From NCBI GenBank assembly GCA_035468285.1, contig DATISY010000071.1, positions 39,697 to 103,696 on the forward strand: a stretch of DNA of 64,000 nt, written 5' to 3'. Every line of letters begins with the position of its first letter. Within the stretch, counting starts at the first letter, position 1. Shown in pieces: positions 1 to 12,999 of the stretch. The notes beneath the pieces were generated by a model. It had not been told where the DNA came from and did no database searches. It worked only from the letters and a program-made list of their open reading frames with translations. Source of the stretch: Acidimicrobiia bacterium. GTDB taxonomy: Bacteria; Actinomycetota; Acidimicrobiia; IMCC26256; PALSA-555. The translations under genes and the position numbers were made by a program.

Positions 1-459
1 GCGGACGCCCGCGACGGGGTGGATCACGCCTGGGTCCCGCTGCGGGTCCCGCTCGTGGTCCGTTATCAGCGCCTCAACGGTGTCGTCCTCGCCCTCGACG
101 CGGCCGGGGCCCGCCAACGCGCGGTCACGACGGACCTCACCGCGGCGCTCGCCCAGTGGCAGCGTGTCGCGGCGACCGACGACCCCGGCGCGCAGGCGCC
201 ACTGGCCGACGACCTGGAGGCCCTGGCGCTGCGGGCCCGCGCCAACGTGCAGCACTCCGACCGGTTGCGACAGAACCCGACGCTGCAAACGGCGTTCGCC
301 GCGTTCGACCAGGCGATCGTCAACCCGCCCGCGGTGAGCGCGTACAACCGGGCGGTGCAGGCCTACCAGCGGCGTCGGACCAGCACCGCGGGCCGGATCG
401 TCGCCTCGTTGTTCGGGTTCGGTGAACGGCCGGTGCTGATGATCGTCGGGGGCACCTGA
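1..459 (+). CDS. LemA-family protein, C-terminal part (5' end lies outside the window)
   Basis: Frame +1 is open from base 1 to TGA 457-459. The tail ...SAYNRAVQAYQRRRTSTAGRIVASLFGFGERP resembles the conserved YN..V..YN...FGF C-terminus of LemA proteins. The family call rests on a remembered motif only. Confidence 0.45.
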   Translation, partial: ADARDGVDHAWVPLRVPLVVRYQRLNGVVLALDAAGARQRAVTTDLTAALAQWQRVAATDDPGAQAPLADDLEALALRARANVQHSDRLRQNPTLQTAFAAFDQAIVNPPAVSAYNRAVQAYQRRRTSTAGRIVASLFGFGERPVLMIVGGT

Positions 460-462
460 CGG

Positions 463-5160
<4,698 letters not shown>

Positions 5161-5230
5161 GGTCTCCTCGCGGGGTGTGCACACGGTTCCGCGGGGTCGC
5201 GGGATCCAAGGGGTCCGGCGCGCCATCCAC

Positions 5231-5259
5231 GTTCCGGAACCTTCCTGGAACCGTGGTTC
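5231..5259. promoter_or_regulatory. Candidate operator in the gltB-purK divergent region: palindrome GTTCCGGAAC plus GGAAC-N6-GGAAC direct repeat and GAACC-GT-GGTTC inverted repeat
   Basis: The sequence cacGTTCCGGAACcttcctGGAACCGTGGTTCaag reads directly in the 219-bp gap between the gltB start (5160) and the purK start (5380). There is no functional evidence. Confidence 0.25.
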
Positions 5260-5379
5260 AAGTTGGGGCGACGCCGATGTCGCGCCGCGCATCGTACCGG
5301 ACGCGGTGCCCCCTGCTCACCATTTGGGTGGCCACGCGGGCGTCGCCCCCACGCGCGCCGAGATGGGGTAGAACGCGGC

Positions 5380-6489
5380 ATGGACCGGAACCCGACGGTG
5401 GTCGGCGTCCTCGGCGGCGGGCAGCTGGGCCGCATGCTCGGCCTCGCCGGGCTCCCGCTCGGCCTCACGTTCCGGTTCCTCGACCCGTCCCCCGAGGCGC
5501 CCGCCGGGGCCGTCGGGCGCCTCGACACCGGCGCCCTCGACGACGCCGATGCGGTGCGCCGCGTCGCGGAGGGCGCCGACGTCGTGACCTATGAGTGGGA
5601 GGGGGTCGACGCGGACGCGGCACGCGCCGCGGTCGACGTCGCTCCTCTCCGACCCGGGAGCCGGCCGCTCGAGATCGCGCAGGACCGCGCCGCCGAGAAG
5701 GCCACGTTCGAGCGGCTCGGGATCGCCGTCCCCCCGTTCGAGACGATCGACGACCGTGCCGGCCTCGACCGTGCGATCACCCGGATCGGCCTGCCCGCGG
5801 TGCTCAAAGCGCGGCGAGGCGGGTACGACGGGAAGGGGCAACGGGTCCTGCGCGTCGCGACGGACGTCGACGACGCGTGGGCGGCACTCGGTGACGTCCC
5901 GCTGATCGTCGAGCGGCTGGTCCCGTTCGAACGGGAGCTGTCGATCGTCGCGGTGCGGGGCCTCGACGGCGCGACCGCGTGCTATCCCCTGGTCGAGAAC
6001 GAGCATCAGGGCGGGATCCTGCGCGTCACGCGGGCACCGGCATCCGACCTCGCGCCGGGCCAGCAAGCCGACGCGGAGGTGATCGCGGCGACGCTCCTGC
6101 GCGACCTCGACTACGTCGGCGTCCTCGCGATCGAGCTGTTCGAGCACGACGGTCAGCTCCTCGCGAACGAGCTCGCCCCCCGGGTCCACAACTCGGGTCA
6201 CTGGACGATCGAAGGTGCGGAAACCAGCCAGTTCGAGAACCACCTGCGGGCCATCCTCGGCTGGCCGCTGGGGTCCGTCACACCCCGCGGCCCGAGCGCG
6301 ATGGTGAACTGCCTCGGTGAGATCCCCGCACGCGCCGCGGTGCTCGAGGTCGCGGGAGCGCACCTGCACGACTACGGGAAGACCAGCCGGCCCGGCCGCA
6401 AGGTCGGCCACGTGACGGTGACGGCCGACAGCGTGGAGGAGCGCGACCGGCGCCTGGTCGCGGTCCGGACGGTCGTCGACCCCGGCTGA
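5380..6489 (+). CDS. purK: N5-carboxyaminoimidazole ribonucleotide synthase
   Basis: ATP-grasp protein with the typical PurK N-terminus (MDRNPTVVGVLGGGQLGRMLG) and the HNSGHWTIEGA motif. ATG 5380 chosen. The 5026-5379 part of the tracked ORF is Arg/Pro-rich and overlaps the gltB leader. Confidence 0.9.
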   Translation: MDRNPTVVGVLGGGQLGRMLGLAGLPLGLTFRFLDPSPEAPAGAVGRLDTGALDDADAVRRVAEGADVVTYEWEGVDADAARAAVDVAPLRPGSRPLEIAQDRAAEKATFERLGIAVPPFETIDDRAGLDRAITRIGLPAVLKARRGGYDGKGQRVLRVATDVDDAWAALGDVPLIVERLVPFERELSIVAVRGLDGATACYPLVENEHQGGILRVTRAPASDLAPGQQADAEVIAATLLRDLDYVGVLAIELFEHDGQLLANELAPRVHNSGHWTIEGAETSQFENHLRAILGWPLGSVTPRGPSAMVNCLGEIPARAAVLEVAGAHLHDYGKTSRPGRKVGHVTVTADSVEERDRRLVAVRTVVDPG

Positions 6490-6498
6490 TCGCGTGGG

Positions 6499-7644
6499 TT
6501 AGCGGACCGCGCCCGCGTCGCGCAGCTCGGCGACGTCGGCGTCGCTGAAACCCCAGTCGCGCAACGCGGCGTCGGTGTGCTCCCCCGGCTTCGCCGCGCC
6601 GCAGTGCAGCTCGGGTGGGGTGCGCGAGAAGCGCGGGGCGGGCGCGGGCTGGAGGACCCCCTCGTATTCGACGATCGTGTCGCGGGCCCGGATGTGCGGG
6701 TGGTCGGCGGCCTCGCTCATCGTCAAGACCGGCGCGAAGCAGGCGTCGCTGCGTTCGAGGAGGGCGCACCACTCGGCGCGCGTCTTGGTCTTGAACAGGT
6801 CGGTGAACCGGGACCGCAGACGGGGCCAGCCCTCCCGGTCCATCTGCGCCGGGAGGTCTTCGGCGTCGAGGCCGGTGGTGACCAGCAGCTCGGCGTAGAA
6901 CTGGGGCTCGAGCGACCCGAGCGCGATGAAGGCCCCGTCGGCGCACTCGTAGGTGTCGTAGAACGGCGCGCCGGTGTCGAGCACGTTCTCGCCGCGGTGC
7001 TCCTCGTCGAAGGCGCCCAGGTGGCGCAGACCCCACATCATCGACATGAGCACCGCGCTGCCGTCGACCATGGCCGCGTCGACGACCTGACCCTGCCCTG
7101 ACGTGCGGGCCTCGAGGATCCCGCACACGACACCGAAGGCGAGGAACATCCCGCCGCCGCCGAAGTCGCCGATCAGGTTGAGCGGCGGGGTCGGCTTGCC
7201 GCCCGCCCGGCCGAAGTGTGCGAGCGCGCCCGCCAACGCGATGTAGTCGATGTCATGCCCGGCGGTCTGGGCCATCGGCCCGTCCTGACCCCACCCGGTC
7301 ATCCGCCCGTAGACGAGGCGAGGGTTGCGGGCGAGGCACGCGTCGGGTCCCACCCCGAGCCGGTCGGTGACCCCGGGCCGGAATCCCTCGATGAGCGCGT
7401 CGGCGCCCGCCACGAGGCGCAGGACGGTCTCGACCCCGTCGGGATTCTTCAGGTCGACACCCACCGAGCGCCGGTTCCGGTCCAGGACCGGCACCCCGCC
7501 GGGATCGAAGCCGCGGTCGACGGACTCGACCCGGTGCATCCGGAGGACGTCCGCACCCATGTCGGCGAGGAGCATCGCCGCGAACGGCCCCGGGCCGATC
7601 CCGACGAGCTCCACGATCTTCACTCCTGCCAGCGGCCCGGCCAT
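6499..7644 (-). CDS. Family III CoA-transferase (CaiB/BaiF; alpha-methylacyl-CoA racemase-like)
   Basis: The N-terminus MAGPLAGVKIVELVGIGPGPFAAMLLADMGADVLR and overall length (381 aa) are typical of the CaiB/BaiF/AMACR family. Confidence 0.85.
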   Translation of the reverse strand: MAGPLAGVKIVELVGIGPGPFAAMLLADMGADVLRMHRVESVDRGFDPGGVPVLDRNRRSVGVDLKNPDGVETVLRLVAGADALIEGFRPGVTDRLGVGPDACLARNPRLVYGRMTGWGQDGPMAQTAGHDIDYIALAGALAHFGRAGGKPTPPLNLIGDFGGGGMFLAFGVVCGILEARTSGQGQVVDAAMVDGSAVLMSMMWGLRHLGAFDEEHRGENVLDTGAPFYDTYECADGAFIALGSLEPQFYAELLVTTGLDAEDLPAQMDREGWPRLRSRFTDLFKTKTRAEWCALLERSDACFAPVLTMSEAADHPHIRARDTIVEYEGVLQPAPAPRFSRTPPELHCGAAKPGEHTDAALRDWGFSDADVAELRDAGAVR

Positions 7645-7761
7645 GCTGTCCTCCCTGAAGTCGGCGTCAGACTAGGAGGGCGGGCACCGACACCGCCGGG
7701 CCTCCACTCGCGGCCGGTGGGTCGTTTTGACCCGGTGGTCTGGGGCGGGTTCGATGGGCGG

Positions 7762-8775
7762 ATGCGACTGCGCCTCGACCCGGCCGACGAGTACATGCAT
7801 CCGCTGGAAACGGCGAGCAACTTCAACGAGAGCATGTACTTCAACTGCTTCGACGCCCGCGAGCGCGTCGGGGGGTTCCTGCGGCTCGGCAACCGGGCCA
7901 ACGAAGGGTACGCCGAGCTCACGACGTGCCTGTACCTCCCGGACGGGCGGGTGGCATTCACGTTCCACCGGCCGGAGATCTCATCGAACGACGCGTTCGA
8001 CGCGGGCGGGATGCGCTTCGAGGTCGTCGAGCCGTTTCGCGCGCTTCGGGCCTCGTATCGGGGCAAGATCTGCCTCCTCGAGCATCCGCTCGAGATGGCC
8101 GACCCGCGTCGCGCCTTCACCGAGAACCCGTGGACGGACGCCGAGGTCGAGCTCGACTACCGCGGCGTGTCGCCCATGCTCGGCGGGGAGCCGGTGAATG
8201 ACGACGGCACTCCCCTCAGCGAGGATCCGACCCAGGGCTTTGCGCGTGGTCACTACGAGCAGCACGTCGGCGCGCGGGGTGTGATCCGGGTCGGTGACGA
8301 CGAGTGGGCGATCGAGGGGTACGGCCTGCGCGACCACTCGTGGGGTCCCCGGTTCTGGCAGGCCCCGTGGTGGTATCGGTGGCTGACCGGCAACTTCGGC
8401 GAAGACGAGGGGTTCGTGCTCTCCGTCATCACCGCACGGGACGGGGGCCAGCGCGTCGGCGGGGTCTGGTTCGCCAACGGCGAGTACCGCAATCTCGACC
8501 ACGTGACGATCGACACCACGTGGCGGACCGACGACCAGTACCACGAGCACATCCACGCGGTCGCGGTCACCGGCGACGAGGAGCACGTGATCGACGGGAC
8601 GGTCTTGTCCTTGATCCCGCTCCGCAACCGGCGCCAGACCCCCGACGGGGAGCAGCTCGTCACCCGCATCTCCGAGGGCATGACCGAGTGGAGGAGCGAC
8701 GGCCGGGTCGGGTACGGCCTCTCCGAGTACCTCGACCAGATCGTCGACGGTCAGCCCGTCGGCGTCGCGGCCTGA
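7762..8775 (+). CDS. Hypothetical protein, possibly AttH/CrtC-like beta-barrel (hydratase-like) fold
   Basis: A clean 337-aa ORF from ATG 7762; the upstream part of the tracked ORF 7216.. is antisense to the CoA-transferase. It contains GYGLRDHSWGPRFWQAPWWYRW, reminiscent of the DHxWG motif of AttH/CrtC-type proteins. The fold call is weak. Confidence 0.6.
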   Translation: MRLRLDPADEYMHPLETASNFNESMYFNCFDARERVGGFLRLGNRANEGYAELTTCLYLPDGRVAFTFHRPEISSNDAFDAGGMRFEVVEPFRALRASYRGKICLLEHPLEMADPRRAFTENPWTDAEVELDYRGVSPMLGGEPVNDDGTPLSEDPTQGFARGHYEQHVGARGVIRVGDDEWAIEGYGLRDHSWGPRFWQAPWWYRWLTGNFGEDEGFVLSVITARDGGQRVGGVWFANGEYRNLDHVTIDTTWRTDDQYHEHIHAVAVTGDEEHVIDGTVLSLIPLRNRRQTPDGEQLVTRISEGMTEWRSDGRVGYGLSEYLDQIVDGQPVGVAA

Positions 8776-8827
8776 ATCCTCGTTTGGGGAGCAGTCCGGC
8801 GGGACCCGGCTCGTAGGCTGCCGCGCC

Positions 8828-10210
8828 GTGGACGACGCAGCCGTCGCGGCCGCCGTGACCCGCCACCTCGGCGGCGACGCCACCGTGGACGGGCTGCGGC
8901 GCCTCTCGGGCGGCGCCTCCCGGGAGACGTGGGCCTTCACCGCCCACGTCGGGGGCGAACGGCTCGGTCTCGTCTTACGCCGCGACCCGGCACCGGCCAC
9001 GGGCGGCGTCGACCGCTCCACCGAAGCGGCGATCGTCGCCGCGGCGCACGACGCCGGCGTCCTCGCGCCCCGCGTCCGGTTCGTGCTCGACGACGCGGAT
9101 CACCTCGGCGTCGGGTTCGTCATGGACCACGTCGAGGGCGAGACCGTTCCTCGCAAGATCCTCCGCGACGACCGGTACGCGTCGGCGCGACCACGGCTGA
9201 CCGCGGCGTGCGCGGAGCAGGCGGCGCGGATCCACGCCCTGCCGGTCGACACGCTTCCCGCGCTCCCCGTCCTCGGCCCCCGCGAGCTCCTCGACCAGTA
9301 CCGTGCCGTGCTCGACACGTTCGGTGAGCCCCACCCCGCGTTCGAGCTCGGGATGCGCCGCCTCGCCGAGGAGGCACCCCCGCTCGAGGAGCCCCGACTC
9401 GTCCACGGCGACTTCCGCAACGGCAACCTCGTCGTCGACCCCGACGGGCTACGCGCGGTGCTCGACTGGGAGCTCGCCCACCGAGGCGACCCGATCGAGG
9501 ACCTCGGCTGGCTGTGCGTGAAGTCATGGCGCTTCGGGGTCACGGACAAGCCGGTCGGCGGGTTCGGTGACGTCGACGAGCTCTGCGCCGCGTACACCGC
9601 CGCGGGCGGCGGGGACATCGACCGGGATCGGCTCCGCTGGTGGGAGGCGCTCGGGACGCTGAAGTGGGGTGTGATCTGCGAGATGCAGGCCCAGACCCAC
9701 CTTCAAGGCTTGGTGCGCTCGGTCGAGCTCGCCACGCTCGGTCGACGCATCGCGGAGATGGAGTGGGATCTCCTCGAGCTGCTCGACGACGCGCCTCCGC
9801 CCGCTGTCGAGCTCCCCGACGGAGACGACGGATCGGTTCCGTTGACCGCGCTGCAGGACCGCCCCCGCGCCGCCGAGCTGCTCGAAGCCGTGCGGGAGTT
9901 CCTCGAGCACGACGTCCTCGGCGCGGTGGAAGGTCGGGTGTCGTTCCATACCCGGGTGGCGGTCAACGCCCTCGGGATCGTCGAGCGCGAGCTCGTCATC
10001 GGCCCCGCCCTCGACGTCACGATCCGGGAGCGGCTCGCCGCGTTCCTCGGCCACGACGGCGACCTGGCCGCCCTCATCAGCGAGCTGGCGGCCAAGATCC
10101 GAGCGGGGACCCTCGACGCCCAGCCCGACACGCTGGCGGTCACCCGCGCGCTCGTGCGCGCCAAGCTCGCGGTCGCGAACCCCCGGTACGGCCCGGGAAG
10201 CGCCCGGTGA
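8828..10210 (+). CDS. APH/ChoK-fold phosphotransferase (ACAD10/11-type kinase) with a helical C-terminal extension of roughly 120-150 aa
   Basis: Kinase catalytic and metal motifs LVHGDFRNGNLVVDPDG...VLDWELAHRGDPIEDLGW. Roughly the last 120-150 residues (AAELLEAVREFLEHDVL...VRAKLAVANPRY) carry no kinase motif. GTG start at 8828. Confidence 0.85.
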   Translation: MDDAAVAAAVTRHLGGDATVDGLRRLSGGASRETWAFTAHVGGERLGLVLRRDPAPATGGVDRSTEAAIVAAAHDAGVLAPRVRFVLDDADHLGVGFVMDHVEGETVPRKILRDDRYASARPRLTAACAEQAARIHALPVDTLPALPVLGPRELLDQYRAVLDTFGEPHPAFELGMRRLAEEAPPLEEPRLVHGDFRNGNLVVDPDGLRAVLDWELAHRGDPIEDLGWLCVKSWRFGVTDKPVGGFGDVDELCAAYTAAGGGDIDRDRLRWWEALGTLKWGVICEMQAQTHLQGLVRSVELATLGRRIAEMEWDLLELLDDAPPPAVELPDGDDGSVPLTALQDRPRAAELLEAVREFLEHDVLGAVEGRVSFHTRVAVNALGIVERELVIGPALDVTIRERLAAFLGHDGDLAALISELAAKIRAGTLDAQPDTLAVTRALVRAKLAVANPRYGPGSAR

Positions 10211-10524
10211 CGCCCCGGCGTGCGACCGCCACCGTGGTGTTGCTCGGGCTCGCGGTGATCGGCGCCGCGTCGACCGGGGCCGCCGCGTCGACCCCGACGC
10301 CGACCGTCCCGCCGTGCCCTGGTGGACACCCGGTCGGCCCCCACGCTGCGTGCCGCGGACCGGTGGTGCACCACTCGGGAGGAGGCGGGGGCGCCCTCAC
10401 GATCGCGTTGTCGGCCGTCGTCGGGCTCGGCGTCGCCGCGGCCGCGGTCGTCGTCGTGCGCCGCCGGATCACCGTCGACGCGCGGCGGCCGCCCCGTGCC
10501 ACACGACCCAAAGGCCCTAGTTGA
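10207..10524 (+). CDS. Small predicted secreted or bitopic membrane protein (105 aa)
   Basis: GTG 10207 overlaps the kinase stop (GTGA), and its TGA overlaps the xthA TTG start (TTGA). The N-terminal hydrophobic stretch (TATVVLLGLAVIGAASTGAAA) looks like a signal peptide. It also has a Pro/His/Cys-containing middle and a C-terminal TM (LTIALSAVVGLGVAAAAVVVV) followed by RRR. There is no homology evidence. Confidence 0.4.
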   Translation: MTPRRATATVVLLGLAVIGAASTGAAASTPTPTVPPCPGGHPVGPHAACRGPVVHHSGGGGGALTIALSAVVGLGVAAAAVVVVRRRITVDARRPPRATRPKGPS

Positions 10525-11309
10525 GACTCGCCACCTGGAACGTCAACTCGCTCAAGGTTCGCCTCCCACGCGTGGAGGAGTGGCTGGCCTACGCACAACC
10601 CGACGTGCTGTGCCTCCAGGAGACGAAGGTCGGTGACGACGCGTTCCCGCAGCTGACGTTCGGCGCGTTGGGCTACGACGCCGTGCATTACGGGCAGGGC
10701 CGGTGGAACGGCGTCGCGATCCTGTCCCGCGTGGGGATCAGCGACGTCACGACTGGCTTCGGCGACGCCGGACTCGTGGACCCCTACGAGGGCGACGCCC
10801 GCCTCCTCGCCGCGACGTGTGGCGGGATCCGGATCGTGACCGTCTACGTCCCCAACGGTCGCGACGTCGGCTCCGAGTTCTACGTCCGAAAGCTCGACTG
10901 GCTGGCCCGGCTCCGGGACTGGGTCGACGCCACGGCGTCCCCCGACTCGCCGGTGGCGGTGATGGGTGACTTCAACGTCGCCCCGGAGGACCGCGACGTG
11001 TGGTCCCCCGCGGCGTTCACCGGCTCGACCCATGTGACCCCACCCGAGCGGGAGGCGGTCCGTGCGCTCGAAGACTGGGGGATGGTCGATGCCTTCCGGG
11101 CCGTGTACGACCAGGACCGCCTGTTCACCTACTGGGACTATCGGCGCGGCGACTTCCACAATCACCGGGGGATGCGCATCGACCTCGTCCTCGTCACCGA
11201 GCCGCTCGCACGCCGGGTGCGGTGGGCGCTCGTGGACCGCAACGCCCGGAAGGGCCAGCTGCCGTCGGACCACGCGCCGATCGTCCTCGACCTCGACGAC
11301 GCCGGCTAG
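10521..11309 (+). CDS. xthA: Exodeoxyribonuclease III (AP endonuclease)
   Basis: MRLATWNVNSLKVRLPRVEEWLAYAQPDVLCLQETK and the C-terminal SDHAPIVLDL are canonical ExoIII/APE motifs. TTG start. Confidence 0.9.
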   Translation: MRLATWNVNSLKVRLPRVEEWLAYAQPDVLCLQETKVGDDAFPQLTFGALGYDAVHYGQGRWNGVAILSRVGISDVTTGFGDAGLVDPYEGDARLLAATCGGIRIVTVYVPNGRDVGSEFYVRKLDWLARLRDWVDATASPDSPVAVMGDFNVAPEDRDVWSPAAFTGSTHVTPPEREAVRALEDWGMVDAFRAVYDQDRLFTYWDYRRGDFHNHRGMRIDLVLVTEPLARRVRWALVDRNARKGQLPSDHAPIVLDLDDAG

Positions 11310-12151
11310 AGCGGAGGCAGCTCGGGGTCGGCGCCGTCGACGACGCGGCTGGTCAGCTGGACCGCGCGGGCGCACAGCTCCGGGTGGGTGGTGACGAGGA
11401 ACCGCCGGTTGCGGATCCCGTCGACGACCCGGTCGGCGAGATCGGCGGGGTCGGGTCCGCCGACGACGGCCTGCTCGAACATGCCGTAGACGATCTGGGT
11501 CCCCTGGTCGTGGGCGTGCCCGGGGGATGCGCCGAGCTCCTCGGGCCACGCCCGGTCGGTGTCCATGATCTGGGTCCGCAGGAACGACGGGCACAGCACG
11601 GAGACACCGACCTGGGACCCCGTGAAGGCGAGCTCGTGGAACAGCGAGGTCGAGAGCGCGACGACGGCGTGCTTCGACGCGGCGTACGGCGACAGGAATG
11701 GCGACGCGACGAAGCCGGCCAGCGACGCGGTGTTCACGACGTGGCCCTCGTCCTGGGCGACGAGGTCGGGCACGAACGACCGGATGCCGTGCACGACCCC
11801 CATGACGTTGATCCCGAGCACCCACTGCCATTCACGGTCGGGCTGGTCCCAGCTGGGCCGAATATGCCCGGACACGCCCGCGTTGTTGCAGATCACGTGG
11901 GTCGTGCCGAAGTGGTCGCGGGCAGCGCGCGCGAGCGCGTCGACGGAATCGGCGTCGGCGACGTCGGTGGGGACGCCCACCACCTCGGTGCCGGCGGCCC
12001 GGTGGCTCGCGACGGCCTCGTCGAGCGCGGCCGGGTCGATGTCGGCGAGGACGAGGCGCATCCCCTCCGCGGCGAACCGTCCCGCCATCGCCGCGCCGAT
12101 TCCTCGGGCACCGCCCGTGATCACCGCGACCTTGCCGTTGAGGTTCTCCAC
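11306..12151 (-). CDS. Short-chain dehydrogenase/reductase (SDR)
   Basis: NGKVAVITGGARGIGAAMA (TGxxxGxG), NNAGV, and YAASKHAV (YxxxK). GTG 12151 is preceded by AGGAAGG. The tracked ORF extends to 12295, but that N-terminus is Arg/Gly-rich filler. Confidence 0.85.
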   Translation of the reverse strand: MENLNGKVAVITGGARGIGAAMAGRFAAEGMRLVLADIDPAALDEAVASHRAAGTEVVGVPTDVADADSVDALARAARDHFGTTHVICNNAGVSGHIRPSWDQPDREWQWVLGINVMGVVHGIRSFVPDLVAQDEGHVVNTASLAGFVASPFLSPYAASKHAVVALSTSLFHELAFTGSQVGVSVLCPSFLRTQIMDTDRAWPEELGASPGHAHDQGTQIVYGMFEQAVVGGPDPADLADRVVDGIRNRRFLVTTHPELCARAVQLTSRVVDGADPELPPL

Positions 12152-12371
12152 GTCTGCCTTCCTGCGCACCGCCCCCGGCGTCCGCGACCGACCCGCTACC
12201 CCACCCGGAGGGAGATCGCCGCGTCGAGTGTCCCGACCCCCGGGGGCACCCGACACCTCGCCGTGTCGGAGAGCGGCGCATTCTGACCTAGTCATGGGGG
12301 CGCCGCCATCGACGGGTCCGGGCTCCGAGCGACGGCGCGGGTATCCGTCTGGAGCGCGGCACGGCGCGGGA

Positions 12372-12995
12372 TCAGCGCGGGTGTCGGCTCATGAACCAGA
12401 TTGGGAACCCGAGATGGTCGTCCTCGACGGCGACGTCGAAACCGGACCGGCGGTAGAAGACCACGTTCTCGGGCTTGTCGGTCTCGAGCCACGCCAACTC
12501 GCCGTCCTCGTCGAGCTGCTCACACAGCATCCGCAGCATCGCAGCGCCGACACCGAGGCCTTGGGCCCCAGGCTCGACGCCGACGGGACCGACGTGGACG
12601 TGGCGCTCCTCGGGGTCGTGCTCACACATCGTCCAGATCGTGTGCCGGGCCCGGTCGATCCCCACCGCAGCGTCGGGCGCGACCTCGGGCTGGACCCGCA
12701 GATCGGTCGGCGTCGAGACCGCGACGCAGGCAGCGGACGGCAACGACGCGGCGACACCGATGACATACGGGCCGATCAGCGCGCCGACCGACCCGGCGAG
12801 GATCCGGTCCCCGAACGTGTCGTAGCTGACCTGGAGCCGGCCGAGGCGGTCGTCGGGAACCGAGTACGTCATCATCGGGTTGTCGCGCAACGCGCGGCCG
12901 GCGACCGCGCCCGCGGCGTCGCGTTCCTCGTCACGCAACGGGCGGATCTCGAGGTGCCCCGAGACGGTCAGACGCCGCTCGAGATCACCAGACAC
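12372..12995 (-). CDS. GNAT family N-acetyltransferase
   Basis: Acetyl-CoA motif [18 protein letters not shown]. The C-terminus ends [21 protein letters not shown] 12995 lies 4 nt after the etfA stop, so it is probably co-transcribed with etfBA. Confidence 0.8.
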   Translation of the reverse strand: MSGDLERRLTVSGHLEIRPLRDEERDAAGAVAGRALRDNPMMTYSVPDDRLGRLQVSYDTFGDRILAGSVGALIGPYVIGVAASLPSAACVAVSTPTDLRVQPEVAPDAAVGIDRARHTIWTMCEHDPEERHVHVGPVGVEPGAQGLGVGAAMLRMLCEQLDEDGELAWLETDKPENVVFYRRSGFDVAVEDDHLGFPIWFMSRHPR

Positions 12996-12999
12996 GGGA

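Noticed and set aside
5254-5265. tRNA-like T-loop sequence GGTTCAAGT
   Set aside because: The flanks cannot form a T-stem (GTGG / TGGGG), and there is no acceptor or anticodon arm context. It is part of the GGAAC/GGTTC repeat cluster instead.
10140-11831. 563-aa minus-strand ORF spanning xthA
   Set aside because: It is antisense to a clear exonuclease III gene and reads through the SDR 3' end. The translation is Arg/Pro-rich with no recognisable motif.
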